Assembly: GCA_965215275.1 (NCBI GenBank)
Contig: OZ244044.1
Location: 1,568,001-1,632,000, forward strand
Source of the DNA: Thermodesulfobacteriota bacterium
GTDB lineage: Bacteria; Desulfobacterota_D; UBA1144; Nemesobacterales; JAJCZQ01
Direction of reading: 5' to 3'
DNA length: 64,000 nucleotides
The notes under the pieces are model-generated. The model worked only from the letters and a program-made list of their open reading frames with translations, was not told the origin of the DNA and searched no databases. A program made the position numbers and the translations under genes. Shown in pieces: positions 42,511-51,890 of this stretch (its first letter is position 1; each line of letters begins with the position of its first letter).

Positions 42511-45500
42511 ATGGTCATAGCTGCAAAAGGAGAGAGCAGATTAGAAGACCAGTTATCTGAATGCAGAGATATCAGTGCAGACACGGAAGACCCGTTATAC
42601 GGATGTCAGTGGCATCTGAAGAACACGGGGCAGTTTATTTATTCAGGAAAGGAAATAACGGCAGGAGAAGATATAAACATAGAGGGTGTGTGGAACGAAG
42701 ACGTATACGGTTCTGGAATTAACGTAGCAGTTGTAAGTGATGGTATCGACCTTTCACATGAGGACCTTTCTGCAAACGTTGATCCTGGACTGAGCTATAA
42801 CTATTCCGAGAGCGTTGACCTTTCCGACAGTTCATCCTTTACCGGAACACGAGCAGCAGGAGTAATAGCAGCTACTGGATATAACGGACTGGGAGTAAGA
42901 GGAGTTGCACCCGGTGCAAGTATATACAGTAATGAGTTAACTGGTGATAACAGGGAAGTTGCCGCAGGGGATGCAATGGTCCGTAATAAGGAAATAACAG
43001 CAGTATCTGTTAACGACTGGGGACCGGAAGATAAATATTCTCTTGCTCAGGCATCAACTGTCTGGGAAGAAGGATTGGAACTTGGAATAAGTAAAGGGTT
43101 TTATGGTAAAGGTGTGTTTTACGTCCGGGGAGCAGGGGACGGGCATGAAAGAGGAGATCAGGCTAATTTTAATGAATATTCCAGCTATTACGGAGTAACA
43201 GCCGTTTGTTCAACGGACGGTTATGGAAAAAAGAGTATTTTTTCAGAAGAGGGAGTAAATCTATGGGTATGTGCACCTGGTTCTGATATTGTAACCACAG
43301 ATAACAACAACGATTACGTTGTAACTTCCGGAACTGTTCTATCAGCTTCACAGGCTGGAGGAGTGGCAGCACTGCTGAGAGAGATAAATGTAGATCTGAG
43401 CTGGAGGGATATAAAGCTTATACTTGCGGGTTCAGCACGGCAGAACGATTTTTCTGACGTGAGCTGGGAGACTGGAGCTGTTAAATACGGTTCTGATACG
43501 GAAAGATATAAATATAATCCTAAGTATGGTTTTGGCGTGGTAGACGCAGAAGCAGCCGCAGAACTTGCAAAAAGCTGGAAAGGCGTTGGTGAAATGAGGA
43601 CCGTTACAGCTTCTTCAGATAATGAACTGACAATCCCTGATAGAGATGGAGAAGCAGATGGGGTCCTTGTCTCCAGACTTATGATACCGGACCTGGAGGT
43701 AACATTTACGGAATTCGTTGAGGTAGAACTTGTTTTTTCTCATGACCGCTTACAGGACCTTGATATACAGATAACCTCTCCTTCCGGAACAACGTCTGAG
43801 CTTGTAAGGGAGTTTTCAGTTGAGGAAGAAGACGCTGAGATCAGTTATGTAAGAAGAACACATCGTTTCGGGTCGGCTAAGCACCTCGGAGAAGACCCTT
43901 CCGGAGAATGGATTCTCAATATAGCCGATACTGCTTCCGGAGATGAAGAAGATGGAGAAGAAGTGGGGACCTTACACTCCTGGAGCATTAAGGTATACGG
44001 GAATAAGAAGGGGGATACCGCTGCAGACCTTGCTAAGGAGATAACTCCTAAGGCTTTAACCTTCGGTGGTGCGACAGTTCAGGATCAGGTGTACAGAGCA
44101 GGAACTCAGATAACACCATTAGTACTGCCTGAGGCGACCGGGGCAGAAGGAATAACGTACAGTATAAGACCTGCTCCACCTGCTGGACTGAATTATAACG
44201 ATAATACCAGAACTATAAGCGGAACACCAACTGCTTCGCAGTCTAATATCCGTTATCAACATATTGCCAGAGACAAAGATGGGAAGACGACGAGTGTAGC
44301 GTTCCATATCAGGGTAAGGTTCCGTAACTCCACAACGCCGAGTTTCAGAGAGACTATCCCGGATCAGAACTATGTAACGGGGAGATCAATAACGCCACTG
44401 GTGTTCCCTCGTGCAACAGGAGGGGATGGTCAGCTAAGTTACAGTTTTGACGGCACTTTAAATAACTTACCAGGTGGATTGAGCCTTACCAGCAATCCGT
44501 TTAGGATAATTGGAACACCAAGTAATGCGGGGACAAGTACCTGGCAATGGACCGCTACTGACGCAGACGGGGATACGGCTACACTTGAGTTCAGGATAAG
44601 GATAAGAGCTGCAGCTGACGTTCCGGACTTCGGCGATACGCAGGTGAGGGATCAGACGTTTGGTAACGGCAGAACAATAAGTCTGGGAATGCCTGTGGCA
44701 GATGGAGGTAATGGAACTTTAAATTACAGTATAACTCCTGCCTTGCCTAATGGATTGACCTATACCAGTAACAACCGACAGATAAATGGAACGATCAACG
44801 TCTCTGGACAACTTCCTGTAACTACTACTTATACCTACAAGGTAACTGACTCTGATACAGATACTGATGACGGTGATTCTGATACTCTGACTTTCTCTTT
44901 TACGATAGAAGCTAATTCAGTGCCAAACTTCGGCAGTCAGACGGTAGAGGGTCAGGTGTATGCTACTGGGCAACAGGTAACGTTGACTCTGCCTCTTGCA
45001 ACGGGAGGGAATGGAAATTTAAGTTACAGTATAATCGGTGCTCTACCTTCCGGATTGAGTTTTAACCCAACCACCCGGGAGATAAGTGGAACACCAACTA
45101 CCGTAAAGTCTGCGAGGACTTATACATATAGAGCAAGGGACGATGATCTGGACACGGATACTATCACCTTCTCTATTACGATAACGGCCCTGTCCTTTGA
45201 CGGGCAGGTACCTTCTTCTCCTGTTTTGTACTCAGCAGAAAGACGAATAACACCAGTAACGCTGCCTGTGGCAACGGGAGGAGGTACTGCTCCATATACT
45301 TACAGTTTAACCCCTCGTTTACCTGATGGATTGAGTTTTAACCCAACCACCCGGGTTATAAGTGGAACACCGACTGCTGCGACGCCTTTGAATACTTATA
45401 CGTATACCGTTACAGACAGTAACGGAGTTACGGTGGAGATGACGTTCGATATTGCTGTAAGAGCACACTTTTCAGGCCTTACGATACAAAGTAAGGTGTA

Positions 45501-46488
45501 TACAGTCGGGACGGCAGTAATGGAAATGCTGCCTGAGGCAACTGGACATAATGGAACGGTAACATACAGTTTAACTCCTGAATTACCTTCCGGACTGGAT
45601 TTTACCCCTGCTACACGAGTGATAAGCGGAAGACCGACTGCTACACAGAATACGAGGCTTTATACGTATACTGATACTACCGGTACAGGTGGACCTGCTC
45701 GAACTTTGGTGTTCCATATCACGGTAAGAACAGAACCCAACACAATGCCGACCTTCGGCAGTGAAACTATAGATAATAAGGTGTATATAAACGGAGAAGC
45801 AGTAAATGAAACACTGCCTGAAGCAACGTCAGGGAATGCACCATTAACTTACAGCTTAAGTACTAATTTAGCAGGAGGTCGGCTAATTAACGGATTAAGT
45901 TTTAACAGAAACACCAGAGTATTAAGTGGAACACCTGATCTCAATCCAGTTCCACTTCCTGTAACTGTGAATCATACATATAAAGTAAGAGACAATGATG
46001 GAGATACAGCAGAGATAACGTTCAGTATAACAGTAGAAGAAGACAGCGAACCGGACTTCAGCGGTGTGACAATACCAGATCGTGTGTACACGGGTAGAAC
46101 AATAGAGCTGCCAGAGGCAGCGGGAGGGAATTTACCGGTTACATACAGTATAACGCCTGGTTTACCAGCGGGATTGAGTTTTAACGGTAGTACCAGAAGG
46201 ATAAGTGGGACACCCAGGAGTGCATCGACAAGAACTTACACGTATACGGCAACGGACAGGAATGGAGATATGGACACATTGGATTTCATGTTCAGTGTAG
46301 AGGTTACTTCTTCTCCACCACCACCAAATCCAAGACCAGCACCAGATACTGAAGCTGGTGGAGGAGGATGTGCGGTCTCAGAGCAGAGCAGCGTTGCTTC
46401 TGATATTCTCGGAGTAATGACATGTCTGATACTTATACCTGTATCTGTAACGATAAGAAGAAAGAGAAGATCTCATATAAAGACGTAG
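42511..46488 (+). CDS. Paralogous degenerate S8/kexin-like + P domain + about 8 Ig-like repeats + sorting tail
   Basis: N- and C-termini nearly identical to 11915-14983; GGGGCAVSEQ...RRKRR tail. Confidence 0.85.
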   Translation: MVIAAKGESRLEDQLSECRDISADTEDPLYGCQWHLKNTGQFIYSGKEITAGEDINIEGVWNEDVYGSGINVAVVSDGIDLSHEDLSANVDPGLSYNYSESVDLSDSSSFTGTRAAGVIAATGYNGLGVRGVAPGASIYSNELTGDNREVAAGDAMVRNKEITAVSVNDWGPEDKYSLAQASTVWEEGLELGISKGFYGKGVFYVRGAGDGHERGDQANFNEYSSYYGVTAVCSTDGYGKKSIFSEEGVNLWVCAPGSDIVTTDNNNDYVVTSGTVLSASQAGGVAALLREINVDLSWRDIKLILAGSARQNDFSDVSWETGAVKYGSDTERYKYNPKYGFGVVDAEAAAELAKSWKGVGEMRTVTASSDNELTIPDRDGEADGVLVSRLMIPDLEVTFTEFVEVELVFSHDRLQDLDIQITSPSGTTSELVREFSVEEEDAEISYVRRTHRFGSAKHLGEDPSGEWILNIADTASGDEEDGEEVGTLHSWSIKVYGNKKGDTAADLAKEITPKALTFGGATVQDQVYRAGTQITPLVLPEATGAEGITYSIRPAPPAGLNYNDNTRTISGTPTASQSNIRYQHIARDKDGKTTSVAFHIRVRFRNSTTPSFRETIPDQNYVTGRSITPLVFPRATGGDGQLSYSFDGTLNNLPGGLSLTSNPFRIIGTPSNAGTSTWQWTATDADGDTATLEFRIRIRAAADVPDFGDTQVRDQTFGNGRTISLGMPVADGGNGTLNYSITPALPNGLTYTSNNRQINGTINVSGQLPVTTTYTYKVTDSDTDTDDGDSDTLTFSFTIEANSVPNFGSQTVEGQVYATGQQVTLTLPLATGGNGNLSYSIIGALPSGLSFNPTTREISGTPTTVKSARTYTYRARDDDLDTDTITFSITITALSFDGQVPSSPVLYSAERRITPVTLPVATGGGTAPYTYSLTPRLPDGLSFNPTTRVISGTPTAATPLNTYTYTVTDSNGVTVEMTFDIAVRAHFSGLTIQSKVYTVGTAVMEMLPEATGHNGTVTYSLTPELPSGLDFTPATRVISGRPTATQNTRLYTYTDTTGTGGPARTLVFHITVRTEPNTMPTFGSETIDNKVYINGEAVNETLPEATSGNAPLTYSLSTNLAGGRLINGLSFNRNTRVLSGTPDLNPVPLPVTVNHTYKVRDNDGDTAEITFSITVEEDSEPDFSGVTIPDRVYTGRTIELPEAAGGNLPVTYSITPGLPAGLSFNGSTRRISGTPRSASTRTYTYTATDRNGDMDTLDFMFSVEVTSSPPPPNPRPAPDTEAGGGGCAVSEQSSVASDILGVMTCLILIPVSVTIRRKRRSHIKT

Positions 46489-46509
46489 CAATGAGGTCCT
46501 TTCAAAGGC

Positions 46510-46575
46510 ATTGAACTGACTGATATCTTTCCCGTCAGAATACCTGCTGGCTGCTTACGGAAAAAGAAACGGTAT
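46510..46575 (+). repeat. Dispersed repeat copy C (downstream of S8-like paralog 2)
   Basis: ATTGAACTGACTGATATCTTTCCCGTCAGAATACCTGCTGGCTGCTTACGGAAAAAGAAACGGTAT. Confidence 0.75.
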
Positions 46576-46792
46576 CTCTCCGTTAAAGTCCTGTTTTTTT
46601 GTCTTCAATGTTCTTATTACCTCAAAGGTCTGACTACAAGGTCTTTCACCCGATATGAATATGCGCCTGTTAAAAACGTCTTTTTTATTCATTTGGAGTA
46701 GTTCCTGTATAATTCCCTAATATTTTTAATTAGCTTCTATGGTTTATACAGGAATAGCTGTTATACTATATAAACTTGTAACGGAGAAAACA

Positions 46793-47287
46793 ATGCCTCT
46801 TTACGAATATGAATGCGATAGCTGTATGCAGAATTACAATGACGATATAGATGTCCTCGTTCAGAAACTGAACAAGACGAATGCGTCCAGGGTCATAAAG
46901 AAAAATCCTAATATTTCCTTTATTGAGGTTAAGGAAGAAGGAAAGAACGGTTTTTCGATCGGTAAGAAAAACACACCGAGCATACGAAGGTTCATACATA
47001 AGATAAATAAAAAGATACTGTATATGGAACTTAAAAACTTTCGCTTTAGTGAACTTATAACAGAAAAGGGTGATGAAAAAGATCTTGTGTGTCCGCTGTG
47101 CAAGGACGGCAGATCCATCCGAAGGGTCTTTTCAACGTTCAAGGCAATATTTGATGATAAGAACAAAAGAGCTCCCAGACCCGGAGACGATATAAAGTTC
47201 CACATGGACTATAAGGTCCAGAAAGATGAAGAGATGAGAAATGACTGGGTGGGACAGGACCATCTGAATCAGTACTTCAACAGATAG
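46793..47287 (+). CDS. FmdB-like zinc-ribbon protein with large insertion
   Basis: MPLYEYECDSC...CPLC...RRVFS; GGAG RBS before ATG 46793. Confidence 0.7.
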   Translation: MPLYEYECDSCMQNYNDDIDVLVQKLNKTNASRVIKKNPNISFIEVKEEGKNGFSIGKKNTPSIRRFIHKINKKILYMELKNFRFSELITEKGDEKDLVCPLCKDGRSIRRVFSTFKAIFDDKNKRAPRPGDDIKFHMDYKVQKDEEMRNDWVGQDHLNQYFNR

Positions 47288-47297
47288 GAAAAAAACA

Positions 47298-47780
47298 ATG
47301 CCTCTTTACGAGTTTGAATGTATAAAATGCAGGAACAATGTTGAGAGTTCCTTAAAGGTCTTAAAAAAGAAAAGAGATAAGAAAACTGTCGCAGGCCTTA
47401 TTGATAAACATAAGAACATTAATGCCATTGAGGTCGTGGACCTGAATAAGAACAAGATCATTGCCAGGCACGGCAAAAGAGGTGACGGTTCAGTTTTTAT
47501 GGATTTTTATCAGGATGAAGGCGAGGTGCTTGTACTCGTTAATATCAGACCTTACAGATTCTCCGAGTTGATCTACGAACCGGAGGATGAGAAAAAAATA
47601 AAATGCCGCTGTGGTGAAAAAAAGAAAGTGGAAAAAGTAATATCAGGATTTGCATTTACAAAGGATCTTTCCACTAATATGCCAAAGCCCGACCTGTCCA
47701 ATCTGCCCGCTTCGGTCAGGGACAGGACGTACATTGGGGATTATATAGAGGAAAAGGACAGACCAAAGAAGAACAGATAG
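47298..47780 (+). CDS. Second FmdB-like zinc-ribbon protein with large insertion
   Basis: MPLYEFECIKC...CRCG...EKVIS. Confidence 0.7.
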   Translation: MPLYEFECIKCRNNVESSLKVLKKKRDKKTVAGLIDKHKNINAIEVVDLNKNKIIARHGKRGDGSVFMDFYQDEGEVLVLVNIRPYRFSELIYEPEDEKKIKCRCGEKKKVEKVISGFAFTKDLSTNMPKPDLSNLPASVRDRTYIGDYIEEKDRPKKNR

Positions 47781-47792
47781 CAGGTCAGTCCT

Positions 47793-48443
47793 CTAATCCA
47801 TGGTGTAATCGGTTTTCTTTTTACCAAATCTTCTTTCCAGTTCTGTGTTTATGTCCTGCGGACCCAGTTCCAGCTCAGAAAGCAGTACAAGTGAGTGAAA
47901 CCATAGATCGGTGACCTCGTATATAAGTTCTTTTTTGCTCCTGTTCTTGCCTGCTATTATTGTCTCTCCTGCTTCTTCTCCGATCTTTTTCAATATTTTA
48001 TCCATACCGTCACTGAAGAGGCTGCTTACGTAAGATCCCTTGACGGGGTTCTTCTTTCTATCCTCTATGACCTTAAAAACTTTATATATTGCAGGGTCGG
48101 TAAACACGGGAGACAGTTCCTTAGTGGAGTCTGTCCGGGTGTGAAAACAGCTTTGTTCTCCTGTGTGACAGGCCACCCTTGTCTGATCGACCATGATCAG
48201 CAACGTGTCCTTATCACAATCTATGTAGATCTGTCTGACTTTCTGAACGTTCCCTGACTCTTCACCCTTTTTCCATATTTTTTTTCTGGATCTGCTCCAA
48301 AAATGCGTAAAACCCGTTTCAATGGTCAGTTTAACTGTCTCAGCGTTTGCATAAGCGAGCATGAGAACCTGTCCAGTTGTATTATCCTGTATTATTGTGG
48401 GGATTAGCCCATCTTTGTTGAATTTCAGTTCGTTAAGGTCCAT
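47793..48443 (-). CDS. hisIE: Bifunctional phosphoribosyl-AMP cyclohydrolase / phosphoribosyl-ATP pyrophosphatase
   Basis: [35 protein letters not shown]. Confidence 0.96.
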   Translation of the reverse strand: MDLNELKFNKDGLIPTIIQDNTTGQVLMLAYANAETVKLTIETGFTHFWSRSRKKIWKKGEESGNVQKVRQIYIDCDKDTLLIMVDQTRVACHTGEQSCFHTRTDSTKELSPVFTDPAIYKVFKVIEDRKKNPVKGSYVSSLFSDGMDKILKKIGEEAGETIIAGKNRSKKELIYEVTDLWFHSLVLLSELELGPQDINTELERRFGKKKTDYTMD

Positions 48444-48479
48444 GCCTTCTCCCTTTATAAAATGAATACTTTTAAGATA

Positions 48480-48611
48480 GGGAATTATATACTGAATTAG
48501 ACATGATCAGCATACTGTTCTGCAAGCAGGTTTCCTCTAACCCTGTAACCTTTTGGCACTAACGAGTACTCAGCTTGCATCGGGAGACTTTCGTCCTTAT
48601 TCCCACCCGAT
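48480..48611 (-). ncRNA. Predicted omegaRNA scaffold of E1
   Basis: ATCGGG/CCCGAT, GAC-GAAA-GTC and TGCAAGC/GCTTGCA stems shared with E2 and E3. Confidence 0.6.
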
Positions 48612-49954
48612 AAAGAGGATAAACCTCTTTTAAGCATGTTCTTCGCAGCATTTGTATCAGCATGTTCCGTATGAGCACAGAAAATACCGACGCATTTAAA
48701 CAGCTCTCCTTTTCTATTTTCTTTATCTATCCATCCACAACGAGAACAGGTTTGTGACGTGTATTGAGCAGGTATCTTATGCAACTTGCCACCAGTGCTT
48801 AAAACCTTGTAATCAAGCTGATTAACAACCTTACCCAATTGCTGTTCTATTAAGGACCTGTTTAATCCTGATTTCTGCTTAATATTCTTACCAGGATCTT
48901 CCACAGTTCCTTTTGCAGATTTAGTCATATTCTTTAATTTTAAATCTTCCGCCATAATGAAATTATGCTTCCTTGAAAGTTCAGTAGTTATTTCGTGTAT
49001 CATGTAATGTTCTCTTTCTGCGACCCTTGCATATTCTTTTGCAAGTATTTGAACTTTCTTCTTTCTGCTGGCAGAACCTTTTACAGCTCTTGAAAGAATC
49101 TTTTGCTTTCTTTTAAGTTCTTTTCTATCCGTTTTTATACCTTTATAAAATGATCCATCTGATAAAGCGATCCTGTTATTTACTCCAAGATCTATCCCTA
49201 TCGGTCTGTCCATACCTCTGTCAACCCCAACTATCGCTTCATAAATAAACTGAATTTCTACTCTTAAAGCCGTTTGCACTATCCTTATATATCTTGTTCC
49301 TTCAGGTATCCTTCCCTTGAAGGAAACCCTGCCAATTCCTTTTATATACAACGAAGTCCTTCTTTCCTGCTTTCTGATCTTGCTTAACAGACGAGTTTCA
49401 AACGACCTGACCTTTCTGGAACTCTTCTTAAATCTCGGATGTCCACCTCGACTGAAAAACCTGTCATACGCACTATCTAATCTTTTTAAAACGGACAATT
49501 GAATCTGACGAAGAACTTTATTAAAAACAGGTTCTTCTTCTCTTATTTCAGTTAATGATTTTGATTGATCCTCATAACTGACCGACTTCTTTTTTAAATC
49601 TTCTTCAGGTAACATCTTCCAGTTTAAAGGATCATCACAAGGTTGAATGTCACTTTTAACACTATTCAACGCTTTATAAACAATGTTCAAATTCTTAACG
49701 GTATTTCCCTTATTATAAGAAATACCCGACTTCCAGTGTGGATAGAAATAAACCCTTAATCTATCTTCTGACAAACCCCATCTCTTCAGCTTCTTGTATT
49801 TTTCATATGCTTCCTTTCTTTCTTCTAAAGCACAGTTATACAAATAAGTTAATTGATCTAAAGTCCTGTCCAGACCTTCATGAGCAGATATATTCAACCC
49901 AGCCGCTCTACGGTCTGTTCTCATCTGTTTTATAATTTTAGTTTCACTATCCAT
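48497..49954 (-). CDS. tnpB: RNA-guided endonuclease TnpB (485 aa)
   Basis: RuvC motifs GIDLG, AEDLK, HADTNAA; zinc finger CSRC...CVGIFC. Confidence 0.93.
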   Translation of the reverse strand: MDSETKIIKQMRTDRRAAGLNISAHEGLDRTLDQLTYLYNCALEERKEAYEKYKKLKRWGLSEDRLRVYFYPHWKSGISYNKGNTVKNLNIVYKALNSVKSDIQPCDDPLNWKMLPEEDLKKKSVSYEDQSKSLTEIREEEPVFNKVLRQIQLSVLKRLDSAYDRFFSRGGHPRFKKSSRKVRSFETRLLSKIRKQERRTSLYIKGIGRVSFKGRIPEGTRYIRIVQTALRVEIQFIYEAIVGVDRGMDRPIGIDLGVNNRIALSDGSFYKGIKTDRKELKRKQKILSRAVKGSASRKKKVQILAKEYARVAEREHYMIHEITTELSRKHNFIMAEDLKLKNMTKSAKGTVEDPGKNIKQKSGLNRSLIEQQLGKVVNQLDYKVLSTGGKLHKIPAQYTSQTCSRCGWIDKENRKGELFKCVGIFCAHTEHADTNAAKNMLKRGLSSLSGGNKDESLPMQAEYSLVPKGYRVRGNLLAEQYADHV

Positions 49955-50122
49955 CGTCTACAACACAACAACCGATCTATTAACTGCTTTCAAATTCGTC
50001 TCCTGTCTAATTAAGTATATAATTCCCTTAAGATATTATAATTGGGAATAATATACTTTAGTAAACAAAAGACAGGCAAATAGCTTTGATAGTGCTGTAA
50101 AATTAGGGAATTATATATAGAT

Positions 50123-51577
50123 ATGGATAGTGAAGGAAGTGTGATCAGAAAGACGAGAGTAGACCTCAGGGCGGTTAAGTTGGATCCGTCTGCTCATAAG
50201 AAACTGGAATCTATGTTAAACCAGCTTACCTATCTTTATAACCGAGCTCGTGAAGAAAGGATAAGATCATATGATAAATATGAGAAACTGATGAAATGGG
50301 GTTTATCAGAAAAGAGATTTAAGACGTATTTCTATCCCCACTGGAAGTCTGGACTTTCTTATAATAAAGGTAATACAGTTAAACATATAGACAAGGTATA
50401 TATAGCTCTTAACAGGGTTAGAAGTGAAGTCCGACCTTGTAACGACCCGTTAAACTGGAGAGAGTTATCAGAAAAAGAAATAGGAAAGAAGTCGATCAGT
50501 TACGAAGATCAGGCAAGATCACTGACGGAAATAAGGAACGACCTTTTACTGTCTGATGAGTTTAGTAAGGTTGACGCTCAAGCGCAACAGCGGACGTTAC
50601 AAAGACTGGATAAGGCTTATAAAGAATATCTAAAAGGGATACGTGGTCGTCCGAGATATAAGAACAGTAGCAGAAAGATAAAAAGTTTTGAAACTTACCA
50701 ATGGAGTAGAGTTAAGAAACAAGACAGAAGAACTTCCTTGTCCGTAAAAGGAGCAGGCAGGATGAGTTTCAAAGGCAGGATACCGGAAGGAACTAAATAC
50801 ATAAGGATAGTAAGAACTGCTTTAAGAGTAGAGATACAGTTTGTATATGAAACAGTTGCAGGAGTGGACAGAGGGTCAGACAGACCGATAGGGATAGATC
50901 TCGGAGTGAAGAACAGAATTACCTTATCGGATGGAACTTTCTATAAAGGAACAGAAATAGACAGGAAGGAACTTAAAAGAAAGCAAAGAGCAATAAGCAG
51001 AGCTGAAAAAGGTTCTAACAACAGAAACAAGAAGAAAACAGCTTATGCCAAAGAACGTGCAAGGACCACTGAAAGGGAACATAATAAAATACATGAATTA
51101 ACTACAGGGATAGTAAAGGGTCATGGTAATCATTTTATAGTAGAAGATCTGAAGTTAAAGAACATGACAAAGTCCGCTAAGGGGACCGTGAAAGATCCTG
51201 GCAAGAAAGTAAAGCAGAAATCGGGATTGAACAGGTCTATACAGGAGCAGCAATTGGGAAAGGTCATTAGTCAGCTTACTTACAAGGTTGAGAGCACTGG
51301 AGGTAAGATAATAAGAGTTCCATCCCGATACACAAGCCAGACCTGTTCTGCATGCGGATATGCAGCTAAAAAGAACAGAAAAGGAGAGTTATTTAAGTGC
51401 ATGTCCTGTGGTTATAAAGGCCATGCTGACTTAAACGCAGCTAATAACGTTCTCAAAAGAGGTTTATTCTTTTTGTCGGGTGGGAATAAGGACGAGAGTC
51501 TCCCGGTGCAAGCTGGGAACGTTATATCAAAAGAGAACGGGGTCAGAGGGACTCTGCTTGCAGAACAGTATATTTAG
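50123..51577 (+). CDS. tnpB: RNA-guided endonuclease TnpB (484 aa)
   Basis: GIDLG, VEDLK, HADLNAA; CSAC...CMSC. Confidence 0.93.
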   Translation: MDSEGSVIRKTRVDLRAVKLDPSAHKKLESMLNQLTYLYNRAREERIRSYDKYEKLMKWGLSEKRFKTYFYPHWKSGLSYNKGNTVKHIDKVYIALNRVRSEVRPCNDPLNWRELSEKEIGKKSISYEDQARSLTEIRNDLLLSDEFSKVDAQAQQRTLQRLDKAYKEYLKGIRGRPRYKNSSRKIKSFETYQWSRVKKQDRRTSLSVKGAGRMSFKGRIPEGTKYIRIVRTALRVEIQFVYETVAGVDRGSDRPIGIDLGVKNRITLSDGTFYKGTEIDRKELKRKQRAISRAEKGSNNRNKKKTAYAKERARTTEREHNKIHELTTGIVKGHGNHFIVEDLKLKNMTKSAKGTVKDPGKKVKQKSGLNRSIQEQQLGKVISQLTYKVESTGGKIIRVPSRYTSQTCSACGYAAKKNRKGELFKCMSCGYKGHADLNAANNVLKRGLFFLSGGNKDESLPVQAGNVISKENGVRGTLLAEQYI

Positions 51578-51604
51578 TATTTGTTTACTAAATGTATAAT
51601 TCCC
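51475..51604 (+). ncRNA. Predicted omegaRNA scaffold of E2
   Basis: TCGGG-TGGGAATAAG-GACGAGAGTC-TCCCGG, TGCAAGC...GCTTGCA, GAACAGTAT, terminal hairpin. Confidence 0.6.
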
Positions 51605-51656
51605 TTATAGTTTGTGTATCATATAAAAGAAATTAAATTATATTTCAGGAGTCGTT

Positions 51657-51866
51657 ATGGCAAGAGTAACCATAGAAGATTGTTTGGAAAAAGTGGAAAA
51701 CCGCTTTGCACTTTCGGTAGCAGCTATGAAAAGGGCAAAACAGGTGGTTAATGGTGCAATGCCTCTGGCATCGGAAAAAGATAATAAACACGTCGTTATT
51801 GCTCTCAGGGAGATAGCAGAAGGGAAAGTCAACGTGATCTATCCTGATGCACCTGGAAAATATTAG
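51657..51866 (+). CDS. rpoZ: RNA polymerase omega subunit
   Basis: [19 protein letters not shown]...ALREIAEG. Confidence 0.97.
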   Translation: MARVTIEDCLEKVENRFALSVAAMKRAKQVVNGAMPLASEKDNKHVVIALREIAEGKVNVIYPDAPGKY

Positions 51867-51890
51867 AGCTACTTACCTGATCTATATAAG

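Larger units (their letters stand above)
48480..50027 (-). mobile_element. TIR-bounded TnpB-only element E1 (IS1595/ISNwi1-like ends)
   Basis: 24-bp TIRs at 48480-48503 and 50004-50027 (1 mismatch); perfect 8-bp TSD TTAAGATA at 48472-48479 and 50028-50035. Confidence 0.9.
50044..51604 (+). mobile_element. TIR-bounded TnpB-only element E2
   Basis: Imperfect TIRs GGGAATAATATACTTTAGTAAACAAA / TTTGTTTACTAAATGTATAATTCCC; TSD TTATAATT / TTATAGTT (7/8). Confidence 0.82.

Noticed and set aside
48497..51577. TnpBs as Cas12f/type V CRISPR effectors
   Set aside because: No repeat-spacer array or cas1/cas2 is visible; the TIR/TSD context explains the flanking repeats.
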